A stretch of DNA of 64,000 bases from Elusimicrobiota bacterium. Lineage in GTDB: Bacteria > Elusimicrobiota > Elusimicrobia > UBA1565. The notes below the pieces were generated by a model. The model had not been told where the DNA came from. It saw nothing but the letters and a program-made list of their open reading frames with translations, and made no database searches. A program made the position numbers and the translations under genes. The stretch spans positions 128,001 through 192,000 of the forward strand of contig JBDRPD010000083.1 of assembly GCA_043827405.1 (NCBI GenBank). The letters run 5' to 3'. This document shows, one piece after another, positions 63,111 to 64,000 of the stretch (the stretch's first letter is position 1; every line of letters begins with the position of its first letter).

Positions 63111-64000
63111 ATGGCGGGGTATCTTGCCGCGGTTCTCGCGGTGCTGTTGTCTGCTAATCTGTTCGCACAGGTGCCGGATTTCGACCAGGGCGTCCCGGAC
63201 GTCAAGGACGTCGTGGCCGGGCTTAAGAAAGAAGCCGTACCGGATGGCTCCGCCGTCCAGGAGTCCTACCAGGTCGCTTACCGTTCCGACCGCGACTGCG
63301 TGACCTTCGTTTTCCGGCCGGATGGCCCGACGGTATCCGAGAAGGTTTGGCTGCGCAGCACCGAATACCGCGAGGAGTGCCGCTGGGAGGGCGACCCGCG
63401 CAACGGCGGCCGGCAGTACTGCCGCGAGGTGCCGCGCTGGACCTATCGCGAGCTGGTGCAGGTCGAACTGCGCGAGCGCAAGGAGCTCTACCCGTGGGAG
63501 AAGGAGGCGGTCGCCGTCTGCCTGGACGGGAACTGGCTGAGCGTCCACGAAGTGCAGCTGGCGCATAAATACACCGCGTCGCGCAACGGCGGCTACTATA
63601 CGCTGACCGCCGGCGAGAAGAAGCCGATGGACCCCGACAAGCACGGCATTGAGGCCGCGGCTCCGGAAAGCACCGGCGATAACCTGGCGGTGACCTTTAC
63701 CGACCGCTGGGCTTCCTACTATGCCGGCGAGCAGGTTGTGCTCTCGATGAAGCTCAAGCGCGAGGTCAAGAACTGGTTTGACCCGGTACTGGTCGAGAAG
63801 GAGTTTACGTTCGCCGCCGCTGACGCCTATCCGGTCGATTTCGCGCCCTACGCCGCGGAATTCTCCGAAAAGCTTAAGCCCGGGAGCAACTATTATGTGG
63901 AATGGAGCTTTAAGCGTATCGGCGTGATTTCCAAGCCCACCCAGATGAAGCGGGGAGACGGCCCGACGGGGACGTATCGGCCGCGCTTGATCATGGTCGC
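63111..64000 (+). CDS. Secreted hypothetical protein (3' partial; absent from the ORF track)
   Basis: Translated by hand: GGGGGAG SD, ATG 63111, MAGYLAAVLAVLLSANLFA-QVPDFDQGV..., no stop before the window end; four Cys in the N-terminal half. Confidence 0.85.
   Translation, partial: MAGYLAAVLAVLLSANLFAQVPDFDQGVPDVKDVVAGLKKEAVPDGSAVQESYQVAYRSDRDCVTFVFRPDGPTVSEKVWLRSTEYREECRWEGDPRNGGRQYCREVPRWTYRELVQVELRERKELYPWEKEAVAVCLDGNWLSVHEVQLAHKYTASRNGGYYTLTAGEKKPMDPDKHGIEAAAPESTGDNLAVTFTDRWASYYAGEQVVLSMKLKREVKNWFDPVLVEKEFTFAAADAYPVDFAPYAAEFSEKLKPGSNYYVEWSFKRIGVISKPTQMKRGDGPTGTYRPRLIMV

Noticed and set aside
63048..63644. 198-aa minus-strand ORF in the track
   Set aside because: Antisense shadow of the plus-strand secreted protein starting at 63111

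Overview
GC-rich bacterial chromosomal segment with about 55 protein genes. No rRNA, tRNA, CRISPR array, integrase or transposase was recognised. Gene style is reminiscent of Elusimicrobiota, but this is inference only. In order, the window holds: (1) the 3' part of an atypical Tad/Flp pilus locus (cpaB, minimal secretin, CpaE-CpaF fusion, TadB with a large extracytoplasmic extension, TadC, TPR protein) running into a dense two-component cluster; (2) a candidate stand-alone ~150-nt sRNA, an exported beta-barrel-like protein, and a ~2140-aa protein with one zincin motif, two intact subtilase domains and HEAT repeats; (3) housekeeping genes folD, panE, rpsF-ssb-rpsR-rplI-dnaB-alr, mlaA-mlaC-MMPL and radA-PIN/TRAM; (4) a tightly coupled six-gene minus-strand operon (Yip1, Tim44x2/Zn-ribbon/TerB, NfeD, SPFH/Zn-ribbon, SLT-LysM, TPR membrane pseudokinase), divergent from a bifunctional glutathionylspermidine synthetase/amidase; (5) an ATPase-MscS pair; (6) an HTH + nucleotidyltransferase TA-like pair with a perfect 20-bp operator, lying between two GT-C glycosyltransferases upstream of cysS-rlmB-CDF; (7) DsbA/MauE/receiver genes, a subtilisin and secreted hypotheticals. 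The non-coding highlights are a recurring TRGGNCC-N2/3-GGNCCYA palindrome upstream of four secreted-protein genes, a perfect 21-bp AT-rich inverted repeat, and several apparently leaderless genes. Two unrelated secreted proteins also share an FDQGV motif just after the signal peptide. All family calls come from motif recognition by eye, not from database searches.
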